Shown here: piece by piece, positions 31,907 to 41,526 of the stretch
How positions within the stretch are numbered: the stretch's first letter is position 1
Layout: each line of letters starts with the position of its first letter
Position numbers and translations under genes: made by a program
Assembly (NCBI GenBank): GCA_963744145.1
Contig: CAVUSO010000001.1
Coordinates: forward strand, 6,880,001 to 6,944,000
Source of the DNA: an uncultured cyanobacterium
GTDB taxonomy: Bacteria; Cyanobacteriota; Cyanobacteriia; Cyanobacteriales; CAWUOF01
Reading direction: 5' to 3'
Length of the DNA stretch: 64,000 bases
The notes under the pieces: model-generated
What the model saw: the letters and a program-made list of their open reading frames with translations, nothing else
Databases searched by the model: none
What the model was told of the DNA's origin: nothing

Positions 31907-32470
31907 ATGACTTCAATTCAATCTCCTCCCCAACTCTCCTTAGCAGATTTCCTAAAACTACCAGAAACTAAACCAGCAAGTGAATATATCAACGGTCAAA
32001 TCCACCAAAAACCTATGCCTAAAGGAAAACACAGCCGACTGCAAATCCGGTTAGCTACCGAAATTAATCGTGTGGGTGAACTCAATCGTTTAGCTTTTGC
32101 TTTTCCAGAGTTGCGCTGTACCTTTGGTGGACGTTCAATTGTCCCAGATATAACAGTTTTCTCCTGGGAGAGAATCCCTGTTGATGCGAATGGAGAAATC
32201 GAGAATGAATTTGAAATTCACCCAGATTGGACTATAGAAATACTGTCACCAGAACAAAGTTCAACTCGCGTCATTAACAAAATTTTATTCTGTTTGAATC
32301 AGGGAACAGAGCTAGGCTGGTTTCTCGATCCAAAAGAGCGTCTAATTATGACTTTCCAACCAGGAAAACAACCTGAAATTAAGCAAGAGCAAGATATTTT
32401 GCCAGTTTTAAGCTCTCTAACTGATTTACAGTTATCAGCTCAAGAAGTATTTAGTTGGCTAAATCTTTAA
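31907..32470 (+). CDS. Uma2 family endonuclease (copy 1 of a duplicated block)
   Basis: LPETKPASEY, PDWTIEILSP; ATG at 31907. Confidence 0.9.
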   Translation: MTSIQSPPQLSLADFLKLPETKPASEYINGQIHQKPMPKGKHSRLQIRLATEINRVGELNRLAFAFPELRCTFGGRSIVPDITVFSWERIPVDANGEIENEFEIHPDWTIEILSPEQSSTRVINKILFCLNQGTELGWFLDPKERLIMTFQPGKQPEIKQEQDILPVLSSLTDLQLSAQEVFSWLNL

Positions 32471-32739
32471 TTTAAGGGTGGTCAAATATGTTTGATATCT
32501 TCAAAAATCGGTTAGAAATAACAGGAACTCTCTGGACTGTAACGGCAATTCGGATTAGTGTGGGTCGTTCTACTGAGCCAATTGGTTCTGATTTACCCGT
32601 GATTAAAGATGCTTTGGGACATCCTTTAATTCCGGGTTCGAGTTTTAAAGGAGCTTGGCGATCGCGCTTAGAAAGTTTCCTACGTGGTATTGATTTGAGT
32701 TTAGCAGAAGATCCAGCTAATTTTAAAAGTCCAACCAGA
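32153..32739 (+). repeat. About 590-bp near-identical direct repeat (partner at 34592-35177)
   Basis: Uma2 3' part and csx7 5' part match by eye at an offset of about 2439 bp. Confidence 0.92.
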
Positions 32740-32970
32740 GCTCATCAAATCAAAACCTTAAAAGAACAGTACAAAGACGATGACTTTGCTTTGACAAAAA
32801 TAGAAGGATCTTCGCACATACAGAAGTTTAACGAAGTTCTAAAAAAACATTGGCAAAGGTGGGGAGAAATTTTGGGCAATCTCACTCTAGAAAATCGCAC
32901 TTATTTCACCCTAGATTTGCAATCAGACGCTATTTTAACGGCTACGGCGCTCGTCATCTTAAATATTTGA
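32488..32970 (+). pseudogene. Chimeric RAMP remnant: Csx7 (Cas7) N-terminus joined to a Csx10-like internal fragment
   Basis: PLIPGSSFKGAWRS RAMP motif followed by RTYFTLDLQSDAILT; no G-rich loop. Confidence 0.75.
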
Positions 32971-33004
32971 GAGATGGTAAATAGTTCCATAGAAGGAGAA
33001 ACTC

Positions 33005-34325
33005 ATGCCTAGTATTCTGATAGTTACAGTCGGTGGTTCTCATCAACCTATTGTCACTGCTATTTGTAGCCTCAACCCCGATCGCGTCGTTTTTATTTGT
33101 TCGACTGGCAAGAAAGGTAGTGAATCACAAGTTATAGGAGATGGTACTCCCTGTGAAGTGAGGAAAGGACAAGAGCTGATTGAAAAATTGCCTAATATTC
33201 CCACACAAGCAAAGTTAGGATATCGTTTTGATGCCAATCGAGACTTAATCAAAATTCAAGAACCTGACGATCTCTCAGAATGCTATCAAAAAGCTGTATT
33301 AGGTATTCAAAATATCCAAGCAGAATTGCCTGATGCTCAAATTATGGCTGACTACACAGGTGGAACAAAAACGATGTCTGTAGCTTTAGCAATAGCTGCA
33401 CTCGATCATCGGGTTGAGTTATATCTGACTACAGCTGATCGCTCAAACATTATTAGAGTAGAAAGAGGAGAAATGACTTCACAAGCAATTGTCGCTCCTT
33501 TAGTTGTACAACGCACGATCGAGCAATTTCTACCGATAGTTTTACAGCAGTACAATTATCCAGCAGCGATCGCAGAACTCAGGCGACTTTTACCATCGAG
33601 GGAATTACCACATGAAACTAAACGAAAAATTCAAACTTTATGTACTGTTTGTTCTGGGTTTGACACTTGGGATAGATTTGAACACAAAGAAGCATTACTG
33701 TGTTTAGAATCTTACATGAGCAAATCAGAAATTCAGCCATTAGCTTTATTTCTTAAGCGCGTAATTAGTAGTCGTGGCAAGATTGATGAGAAATTTGATG
33801 CAAGTAGCGGAACCAAAGGTCATTCTTATGAAATTGTCCAAGATTCTACTACTTAACGCTGAACGACGTGCTAAACAAGAAAGATATGATGATGCAGTTG
33901 GTAGACTCTACAGAGCATTAGAACTATTAGCTCAAATTAGACTGTTAGTTACCTATGACATCAAGACAGGTGATGTGGACATTGAAAAATTACCAGAACC
34001 TTTGCGAAATGAGTATGAAAAAATGCGTTCTCCAGACAAAGGAAAAATACAATTAGCTTTGAAAAAGAGCTACGAACTTTTGGCAGAATTTCCTAACGAT
34101 CCGATAGGAAGACTTTACCAAGAAAATGCAAATCGAATTATTAATGCACTTGAAACCCGTAATAATTCATTATTTGCTCACGGATTTCAACCTATCACAG
34201 AGAGTGATTATCAAAAGGTTAGTGAAGTTTTTGTCAATTTCATTGAAACTTGTATTACTGCTGTTGTTCCAGCTAAACTAAAGTCACAGCCTCCCCAGTT
34301 TCCTACGAACTATACCCTTGAATAA
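33005..34325 (+). pseudogene. TIGR02710 / Csm6-like CARF-HEPN ribonuclease, frameshifted
   Basis: TVGGS and DYTGGTKTMS (CARF); RYDDAVGRLYRALE and RNNSLFAHG (HEPN); one extra T near 33845 splits EIVQD|LLLNAERRA. Confidence 0.88.
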
Positions 34326-34342
34326 TCCCATTAATAATTACC

Positions 34343-34909
34343 ATGATTTCATCAGTGCAATCTCCTCCCCAACTTTCTTTAGCAGATTTCCTAAAACTGC
34401 CAGAAACTAAGCCAGCTAGTGAATATATCGATGGTCAAATCTACCAAAAACCCATGCCTAAAGGTAAACATAGTTCAATCCAAAGTTTGTTAACTCCTGC
34501 TATTAATCAAGTAGGTATGCCCAAAAAGATAGCGCGTGCATTTACAGAATTACGCTGCACTTTTGGAGGTCGATCGCTCGTTCCAGACATCACAGTTTTC
34601 TCCTGGGAGAGAATCCCTGTTGATGCGAATGGAGAAATCGAGAATGAATTTGAAATTCACCCAGATTGGACTATAGAAATACTGTCACCAGAACAAAGTT
34701 CAACTCGCGTCATTAACAAAATTTTATTCTGTTTGAATCAGGGAACAGAGCTAGGCTGGTTTCTCGATCCAAAAGAGCGTCTAATTATGACTTTCCAACC
34801 AGGAAAACAACCTGAAATTAAGCAAGAGCAAGATATTTTGCCAGTTTTAAGCTCTCTAACTGATTTACAGTTATCAGCTCAAGAAGTATTTAGTTGGTTA
34901 AATCTTTGA
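34343..34909 (+). CDS. Uma2 family endonuclease (copy 2)
   Basis: C-terminal half identical in protein sequence to the 31907 copy. Confidence 0.9.
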   Translation: MISSVQSPPQLSLADFLKLPETKPASEYIDGQIYQKPMPKGKHSSIQSLLTPAINQVGMPKKIARAFTELRCTFGGRSLVPDITVFSWERIPVDANGEIENEFEIHPDWTIEILSPEQSSTRVINKILFCLNQGTELGWFLDPKERLIMTFQPGKQPEIKQEQDILPVLSSLTDLQLSAQEVFSWLNL

Positions 34910-34925
34910 TTTAAGGGGGGCAAAT

Positions 34926-35186
34926 ATGTTTGATATTTTCAAAAATCGGTTAGAAATAATAGGAACTCTCTGGACTGTAACGGCAATTCGGATTAGTGCG
35001 GGTCGTTCTACTGAGCCAATTGGTTCTGATTTACCCGTGATTAAAGATGCTTTGGGACATCCTTTAATTCCGGGTTCGAGTTTTAAAGGAGCTTGGCGAT
35101 CGCGCTTAGAAAGTTTCCTACGTGGTATTGATTTGAGTTTAGCAGAAGATCCAGCTAATTTCACAAGTCCAACCAGAACTATTTGA
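34926..35186 (+). pseudogene. Csx7 (Cas7 RAMP) N-terminal fragment
   Basis: MFDIFKNRLEI...PLIPGSSFKG; stops after 86 aa. Confidence 0.8.
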
Positions 35187-35196
35187 TGAGGTAAAT

Positions 35197-35817
35197 ATGA
35201 GTTTCAGTAGTTATAAAGACATCGGTGAAGTTCTCCAAGAATTTCAGATCACCTACATCGAAGATAATTTTATGGGTGAAGTAGAATTTAGGGTATCTGA
35301 ATATTTCCGAGAGGATTTACAAACCATTATGCAGGACGGAGTACCTAATGCTTCCGAGTTTTCAATTTGTGAAAATTTAATTTATCCGATTTTGAAAGAA
35401 GTCTGGAAATTTTATCGTAGCAAATTCGTTTTATGGGGACATAAGTCCCTTACTTACGATGAAAATATTTCGGGTTTTCCTGAATATATTTTGGCTAGAC
35501 GCTCTCCTTTAGGGAAAGTTGTTTTTGATCAGCCATATTTTTTATTAGTGGAAGCAAAGCAAGACAAATTTGAAGAAGGATGGGCGCAGTGTTTAGCTGA
35601 AATGATTGCAGCACAACGGCTTAATGAGCAACTGCCAATCATCATATTTGGGATCGTTTCTAATGGCAAAGTATGGCAATTTGGCAAACTTGAAACCAAT
35701 AGTTTCACCCGCAATAAAACCTTCTATACTATTCAGGAATTAGATCGGCTATTCGCTGCCGTTAATTATGTTTTCCAACAATGTGAAACGCAGCTTAATG
35801 AGTTAGTAGCTGCCTAG
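35197..35817 (+). CDS. PD-(D/E)xK restriction-endonuclease-like protein (HsdR_N-like)
   Basis: ENLIYPIL, VEAK, AQCLAEM, GIVSNG..WQF. Confidence 0.75.
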   Translation: MSFSSYKDIGEVLQEFQITYIEDNFMGEVEFRVSEYFREDLQTIMQDGVPNASEFSICENLIYPILKEVWKFYRSKFVLWGHKSLTYDENISGFPEYILARRSPLGKVVFDQPYFLLVEAKQDKFEEGWAQCLAEMIAAQRLNEQLPIIIFGIVSNGKVWQFGKLETNSFTRNKTFYTIQELDRLFAAVNYVFQQCETQLNELVAA

Positions 35818-35845
35818 TTTCAATTATTTATCTACTTACTTAAAT

Positions 35846-36097
35846 ATGCACAAACGAGGTTCTGTAGCAGTTGGTTCTTTTAATTATCAAGTGTGTGCTG
35901 ATGGAGAATTCAAAACTAAAATTCATCTCAAAAATTTTACCTTAGCTCAGTTAGGTTTAATCGGCTTAGTTTTGCGAGATTTGAATGATGGCTGGTTGGG
36001 TTTAGGTTTTGCTAAATCTCGCGGTTTGGGTACAGTAACAGTTAATCTACCGATCGCGAACCTCCCTCTGGAATGTATTAATCATGGTTATGAATGA
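35846..36097 (+). pseudogene. RAMP (Cas7-group) C-terminal remnant
   Basis: NFTLAQLGLIGLVLRDL and G-rich loop GLGFAKSRGLG. Confidence 0.78.
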
Positions 36098-36498
36098 CAC
36101 TTTAGTAGAATCTTTGACAGAAACTCAATGGCATCAAAACCAAGCAGCAGATGCTCCTACTCTACTGCAAATTCTAGGTTGGTCTGCACCGTTGATGAGA
36201 TTATTATAAAGAAGGAGGTGCGATCGCAGAAAGGACAGCATCAATTGCCGAATCAACTCGTCAAGTGGAAATTGCTGTAAACGCTAATACTCATAACTTT
36301 GCAATTGGTCAAATTTTGGAAGCCAAGGTTACTGCGATCAAGGGTAATAAGGTAACTTATGAAATTTTAGGTAATATCAAGCTGACGGAAAAAGAACCAA
36401 AAAAAGCACAAACCCTATCAGAAGGACAGACGGTTAAGGTAGAAATATTAGACTTGAAGGAAGAGGGTAGTATCAAAAAGGTTAAATGGGTTGAATGA
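36090..36498 (+). pseudogene. Type III-associated gene remnant (helical, possibly Cas11-like, plus C-terminal S1/OB-like domain), frameshifted
   Basis: MNDTLVESLTETQW..ILGWSAPLMR; a +1 shift near 36201 continues YYKEGG... into the frame of the 36265 ORF. Confidence 0.55.
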
Positions 36499-36809
36499 AA
36501 CGTGCTATTGTTTGTCATATAGCCAGCCTAAATGAGTTATGTAATGAAAATGGGCTAAATGCTTGTCCAGCAAGATTGGCCATACTCTAAATGATTTAGG
36601 CTTGCTATATAGCTTATCTTAAGCTTAAGATAGAATACGCTAGCAACAGTCAATTCGATGAGGTTGCTAATCCTGATACCTTCTAGGGAGTTGTATATGT
36701 ATGCAGACACGCCAAAATTCCTACTTCACCACTGAACTAACTTTTCAAGCCTCAACTAGAGCATCTGAATCAACTTTTCAACCATCAGATAGAGAGTATT
36801 TTGTAAATA

Positions 36810-37181
36810 ATGGAGAAAGAAATGACCTGGGAAGTTAGGTTTACAGAGGAGTTTGAGCAAGAGTTCGCAAACCTTGATCCAGAAACCCAAGACAAAATTA
36901 TTGCGCGAGTAATACTACTTAAAGAAAAAGGCCCACATCTTCGGGTTCCTTACAGTTCAGGTATCAAAGGGTCTCGTTTTGGACATATGCGAGAACTACG
37001 AGTACAACATAGCGGGAAACCGTATAGAATCTTGTATGCTTTTGATCCCCGCAGGGTTGCAGTCCTTCTGTTAGTAGGTAACAAGGCTGGTAACGACCGC
37101 TGGTATGAAGAGAATATACCACAAGCAGATGAGCTCTACGCTGAATGGCTAGGAGGGCTTGGGCTAAGAGTGCTTGAGTAA
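36810..37181 (+). CDS. RelE/ParE superfamily (HigB-like) toxin
   Basis: GPHL..PYSS, MRELR, RILYAFDPRR.AVLL..GNK..RWY. Confidence 0.9.
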   Translation: MEKEMTWEVRFTEEFEQEFANLDPETQDKIIARVILLKEKGPHLRVPYSSGIKGSRFGHMRELRVQHSGKPYRILYAFDPRRVAVLLLVGNKAGNDRWYEENIPQADELYAEWLGGLGLRVLE

Positions 37182-37219
37182 TAAGAGCGATAACACTATG
37201 AAATTGGACACAAGTTGAA

Positions 37220-37879
37220 ATGAAAACAAAGCCTTTTAGTGAATTGCTAGAACAGTTGACACCAGAGAGAAGAGCAAAGATCGAAACTCACGTTCAACTC
37301 GCGTTGCTTCATCATAACCTTCTAGAACTTCAAGAATCATTGGGCATAACTCAAGAGGATATGAAAAAAAACCATAACGTTGTTGAGTTGGCTTTGTCCG
37401 AATGGGAAAATCACGATGATATTCAAGTTTCTACTCTCTCTGGGTACATCAAAGCTCTTGGTGGAAGTCTCAAATTAGTTGCTCATTTTCCTGATAAGGA
37501 GGTTGTAAATAAGGAAAAAAAAATGTGGGAAATTGAGTATACAGACGAATTCGAGCAATGGTGGCTAACACTTGATGCAGCAACACAAACTTCTATTGAC
37601 ACAGTTGTAAAGTTGCTTGAAAAAAGGGGGCCGAATCTTGGTGATCCCTACAGTTCAGATATCAAGGGATCTCGTCACACAAACCTACGGGAACTGCGTA
37701 TACAACATAAAGGAGATCCAATACGGATCTTGTATGCGTTCGATCCCCGTAGAGTTGCTGTACTTCTTATAGGAGGTAACAAAAAGGGTAACGATCGCTG
37801 GTACGAAGAGAATGTACCCAAAGCAGATCGGCTCTATCACGAACTCTTGCAAGAACTTGAGGATGAAGGGTCAATATGA
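37220..37879 (+). CDS. In-frame fusion of an HTH (HigA-like) antitoxin and a second HigB-like toxin (internal ATG at 37523)
   Basis: First half resembles the 37952 antitoxin and second half the 36810 toxin. Confidence 0.85.
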   Translation: MKTKPFSELLEQLTPERRAKIETHVQLALLHHNLLELQESLGITQEDMKKNHNVVELALSEWENHDDIQVSTLSGYIKALGGSLKLVAHFPDKEVVNKEKKMWEIEYTDEFEQWWLTLDAATQTSIDTVVKLLEKRGPNLGDPYSSDIKGSRHTNLRELRIQHKGDPIRILYAFDPRRVAVLLIGGNKKGNDRWYEENVPKADRLYHELLQELEDEGSI

Positions 37880-37951
37880 AGAAAAAGCATTTGAGTCAGT
37901 TAACAACCCACCGTCCTTATGATAACAGAACAAAATTGAACACAAGTTGAT

Positions 37952-38257
37952 ATGAAAACAAAACCTTTTAGTGAATTGCGAAAGCGAATGACACCTGAGC
38001 AAAAAGCAGAGAGTGAAACTCGTTTTCAACTTGCATTACTCCATCTCACCCTGACAGAATTACAAGAGTCATTAGGAGTTAGTCAAAATGGCACAGAAAA
38101 AAATTCCAATGTAGTTCAGTCTGCTTTATCGGAATTGGAGAACGAAAACGATATTCAAGTTTCTACTCTCTCCAAGTACATCAAAGCTCTTGGTGGAAAT
38201 CTCAAATTAGTTGCTCAATTTCCCGACAAAGATGTAGTTATTTCTCAATTTCAGTAA
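37952..38257 (+). CDS. XRE/HigA-like antitoxin
   Basis: LGVSQ..ALSELE..DIQVSTL.KYIKALGG.L. Confidence 0.88.
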   Translation: MKTKPFSELRKRMTPEQKAESETRFQLALLHLTLTELQESLGVSQNGTEKNSNVVQSALSELENENDIQVSTLSKYIKALGGNLKLVAQFPDKDVVISQFQ

Positions 38258-38259
38258 AG

Positions 38260-38297
38260 AGATAGCTTGACTTTTTCCCCAAGTCAAGCTATCTTTT
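38260..38297 (+). terminator. Intrinsic terminator
   Basis: agatagcttgactt / aagtcaagctatct 14-bp stem plus T-run. Confidence 0.8.
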
Positions 38298-38330
38298 AAA
38301 AGACTAGAGGATTTAAGTTTCCCAAAAAAA

Positions 38331-38433
38331 ATTGAATTTTTTAAATTCCCCGTAAGGGGATAGAAACACGCCTCTAGTATGGTGATTGAATAGTTGATTC
38401 AGTATCACCACTTCCCCGCAAGGGGATTTTTAC
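38331..38433 (+). CRISPR. Degenerate two-repeat CRISPR remnant (type III-like repeat)
   Basis: ttccccgtaaggggatagaaac and ttccccgcaaggggatttttac, 66 bp apart; GAAAC 3' end; lies downstream of RAMP remnants. Confidence 0.7.
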
Positions 38434-38615
38434 TAAACCTGACACCTGATTATACTTTTCTCAAAGTGCGATCGCCCAATCTTTAGTTAAAGAAGAGACA
38501 GATATTAATTAGTTGGGAAAAGGGGTGGATTTTGAGCAGTTGTCGATCAGGAGCAAACCTCTGGTAGGACAGGCATCTTGCCTGTCAATTACCCTGCTTT
38601 TTTCTAGTGAGGAAT

Positions 38616-39242
38616 TTAGCCCAAAGTAAATAATTGGGCTAGCCGTTTTAACACCTGCAAAACTGTATAGATGTCATCACCTCTATCAAGGGAAAACAAA
38701 TAAGACATGGCATATTTTGGCTTGTCTTCTCTAGTCAGTTTCAAAAACCTAAACTCACTACCGTTAGTAATAAATCCAAAGGCGGTTTGATCTGGATTAG
38801 GATTACCCAGCATATAAGCTAATGCTTGAGGTATTCCTGTTTCTAAAGATAACTTTGCCCTTTTTGATTCAACTACAAGTATCCAAAACTCTGGCGTAAA
38901 AACCAATATATCTAACCTTCCTGTTATGATAACTCCCTCATCTTCAAAAGCAATTCTTACTTCCTTTTCCGCCGAAAGGTAAAAAGGTGGACGATAAAAC
39001 CCAGCTAATTTTAACAATGGAGAAAGCACTACCATTTTAACGATCGGTTCTAGCATCGGATACTCAGCCAAGTGAAAATAATCCCGCTTTACATCGTCTA
39101 ACGCTTGTTTTTCCAAATCCGAAAGTTCCGGCAAATTATCTTGCCATTCTCGAAAAAATTGCTCATCCTCAATACGTTGCAGACCAAAATTTTCGATTAA
39201 ATCATGCAATTCAATAGTCTGTGCTGTAATTGTTTCAACCAT
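38616..39242 (-). CDS. Type I restriction HsdR_N-like PD-(D/E)xK protein
   Basis: VLSPLL.LAGF, GRLDILV, VESK, PQALAYM, TNGSEF. Confidence 0.82.
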   Translation of the reverse strand: MVETITAQTIELHDLIENFGLQRIEDEQFFREWQDNLPELSDLEKQALDDVKRDYFHLAEYPMLEPIVKMVVLSPLLKLAGFYRPPFYLSAEKEVRIAFEDEGVIITGRLDILVFTPEFWILVVESKRAKLSLETGIPQALAYMLGNPNPDQTAFGFITNGSEFRFLKLTREDKPKYAMSYLFSLDRGDDIYTVLQVLKRLAQLFTLG

Positions 39243-39555
39243 AATTCTCTTTCCTTTCACTACTTACAAATGGACTGATATTTGTCAAGTAAATTAAGAT
39301 GCCTTTATCAAGATAAGCAGAAATCCCAGCTAGAAATATAAATGTAAGAGCGCATAAATGAGTGATCCATCTAGTCAGAAATAAAAATTCATTAGTTTTG
39401 GTCAAATCAGTCGCACGAAAATTCATTTTCGTCAAAAAATCTCTCACATGATCTAACACCATTAACACCATGACGAATCCCCGTAAAATATCTATTGATA
39501 GGATTCGTTTAGTTGGTGTTTTTTCTGTGCTAGTCATCGGTATTATTAAATTCAT
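39235..39555 (-). pseudogene. DUF1624 / HGSNAT-like membrane protein, N-terminal fragment
   Basis: [32 protein letters not shown]; truncated after about 80 aa of homology. Confidence 0.8.
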
Positions 39556-39565
39556 ATTTAATTGA

Positions 39566-41512
39566 TTAGGCTAATTCTTGATGGGCTTTAAAATCTCGGT
39601 GAACTTGGTAGTACAAAGTATGATCATCTCCCTTAAATCCCAACACACTGTAAAGCTTGACCACACCACTACGTCCCTTTACTTCCTGTTCTCCGACAAA
39701 TAGGACATCTATTTCTTCAGCAATCAGATCGTAGAGAGATTGAGTAATCAATAAATCCGTAACATATTGCTTGGTTAAACCCTCTACTCGGCTGGCAACA
39801 TTTACCGCATCGCCAATTACAGCATACTCCCGTCGCCGGCGGGAACCAATATCCCCAGCAATTAATTCCCCATAGTTAATCCCAATACCATGAAAAAGCG
39901 GCTCTTGACCATTTTTCTGCCATTGTTCGCGGAGGTTCGCTAATGCTGCTCGCATTCCTAGGGCTGCTCGGATGGCGTTAAGTGCATCATTTTTTGCTCC
40001 CTGAGACAAGGGAGATCCAAATTCTGCCATAACCGCATCACCGATGAACTTATCGACCGTACCACCAGCTTCTAAAATTGCCTCCACCATACCATCTAGG
40101 TAGATATTTAACTGTTCCACTAAGGGTTCGGGTTCAAGGTGGGAGGAGAGGGTGGTAAAACCTCGAATATCAGAAAAAAGGATAGCAGCTTTAATCTTCT
40201 TACCCTTGAGTAGAGCATTATAATCATCGGGAGCCTTGAGAATTTCCCGCACTACTGGGGCAGCCACGTAACGTTCTAGGGTATTCTGAAATCGGCGTTT
40301 TTCGATCTGATCTTGAATTACTCCAATAGTGAAGTAAGAAAAACCACTCAAGAATATACCGATTACAGGTATGGCGGTAGGTAGAATCAGAAATTGGTAG
40401 GTAAAAAGTTCATAACTCGCGATCGCCCAAAAGCCGCTTAATCCTAAACTCCAAAACAATCGATCGCTAGTCCGTCTAGTTGCCTTGACTAATAGGATAT
40501 TTGTTACCCCTACCATAAAAAAGACAAATAAACCCTGCCCGAAGGGACTAGTAATACCAGGATTAATAACTCGATTTTGCATCAGAGTAGCAATGGAGTT
40601 GGCATGAATTTCTACCCCTGGCATAGTTGGACCAAAGGGAGTTGGAAAAAAGTCCTTCAAGCTTTCCGCAGTAGTCCCAATTAAAACAATTTTGTCCCGG
40701 AACTGGTCTTTATAGGCATCCCATTTGTTGGGGGCAAGAACGCTAAAAGGCAAGGTCGTGAAAGTCCGAGCCGGACCATAGTAGTTAATATCTGCTTTCA
40801 CGCTTGAGCCTTGGACATCAGAGTAGGGTCTTTGGGCAGCTTGGAGAGTAGCTTCGGCTAAAGAGGGTATTTCTGGCAGTCCCCGAGGACGAACTACCTG
40901 TTGACGGTAGTTACTGGCCAGTTGATGGATTCGACCATTCACCTCTAGAGGAGGATAATTAACAAAGCCTAGGGCCACTCCCGTATTCTGTAAAGTGAGA
41001 TTAGGTTTAGAGAGAGTAATGGTTAATCCTTCCGGTGCAGGACTTTCATCGTAGCTAGCTGCTAAAACTACTTGAGAGGAATATTTCTTCAGAACAGCCG
41101 CAAATTGCTGGTCATCCTTAACTCCATACCTGCTGGGGAGAGCAAAGATTAGGTCTAGGGTGACAGATTTTACCCCCACTGCCATGAGCTGTTCGATCGC
41201 TCTGCCATAAGCTACCCGTTGCCAAGGAAAACTTTCCATCGGCTGGAGGTAATCTCGCATCGCTGGTAAATCCCGATACAATTGCGCGGCGGCGATCGAC
41301 TCATCATCAATTGCTAAGATCATAATCTCTGAAGGTGGTTTTACCCTACCCCTTCTTTCTAAAAACTGGACTTGGAGTTGACGATTCAGCCACTGGACAC
41401 CCGGAGTTTCGTAGATGGTTAAAACGGTGGGAACGATCGTCCATAAAGCTAAGGACAGATAATTTCCTACTTGTAGCCCCAGTCGAGTTAAATTAATTTT
41501 CTGAATTTTCAT
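39566..41512 (-). CDS. CHASE2-domain class III adenylate/guanylate cyclase
   Basis: [16 protein letters not shown], three TM helices, [26 protein letters not shown]. Confidence 0.95.
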   Translation of the reverse strand: MKIQKINLTRLGLQVGNYLSLALWTIVPTVLTIYETPGVQWLNRQLQVQFLERRGRVKPPSEIMILAIDDESIAAAQLYRDLPAMRDYLQPMESFPWQRVAYGRAIEQLMAVGVKSVTLDLIFALPSRYGVKDDQQFAAVLKKYSSQVVLAASYDESPAPEGLTITLSKPNLTLQNTGVALGFVNYPPLEVNGRIHQLASNYRQQVVRPRGLPEIPSLAEATLQAAQRPYSDVQGSSVKADINYYGPARTFTTLPFSVLAPNKWDAYKDQFRDKIVLIGTTAESLKDFFPTPFGPTMPGVEIHANSIATLMQNRVINPGITSPFGQGLFVFFMVGVTNILLVKATRRTSDRLFWSLGLSGFWAIASYELFTYQFLILPTAIPVIGIFLSGFSYFTIGVIQDQIEKRRFQNTLERYVAAPVVREILKAPDDYNALLKGKKIKAAILFSDIRGFTTLSSHLEPEPLVEQLNIYLDGMVEAILEAGGTVDKFIGDAVMAEFGSPLSQGAKNDALNAIRAALGMRAALANLREQWQKNGQEPLFHGIGINYGELIAGDIGSRRRREYAVIGDAVNVASRVEGLTKQYVTDLLITQSLYDLIAEEIDVLFVGEQEVKGRSGVVKLYSVLGFKGDDHTLYYQVHRDFKAHQELA

Positions 41513-41526
41513 CGGATCGCTTCAAC

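Noticed and set aside
33774..33856. Programmed frameshift in the CARF-HEPN gene
   Set aside because: No slippery heptamer or homopolymer at the shift site; a simple 1-nt insertion explains it.
32153..35177. Duplicated block as a DGR template/variable repeat pair
   Set aside because: There is no reverse transcriptase in the window, and the differences are not adenine-specific.
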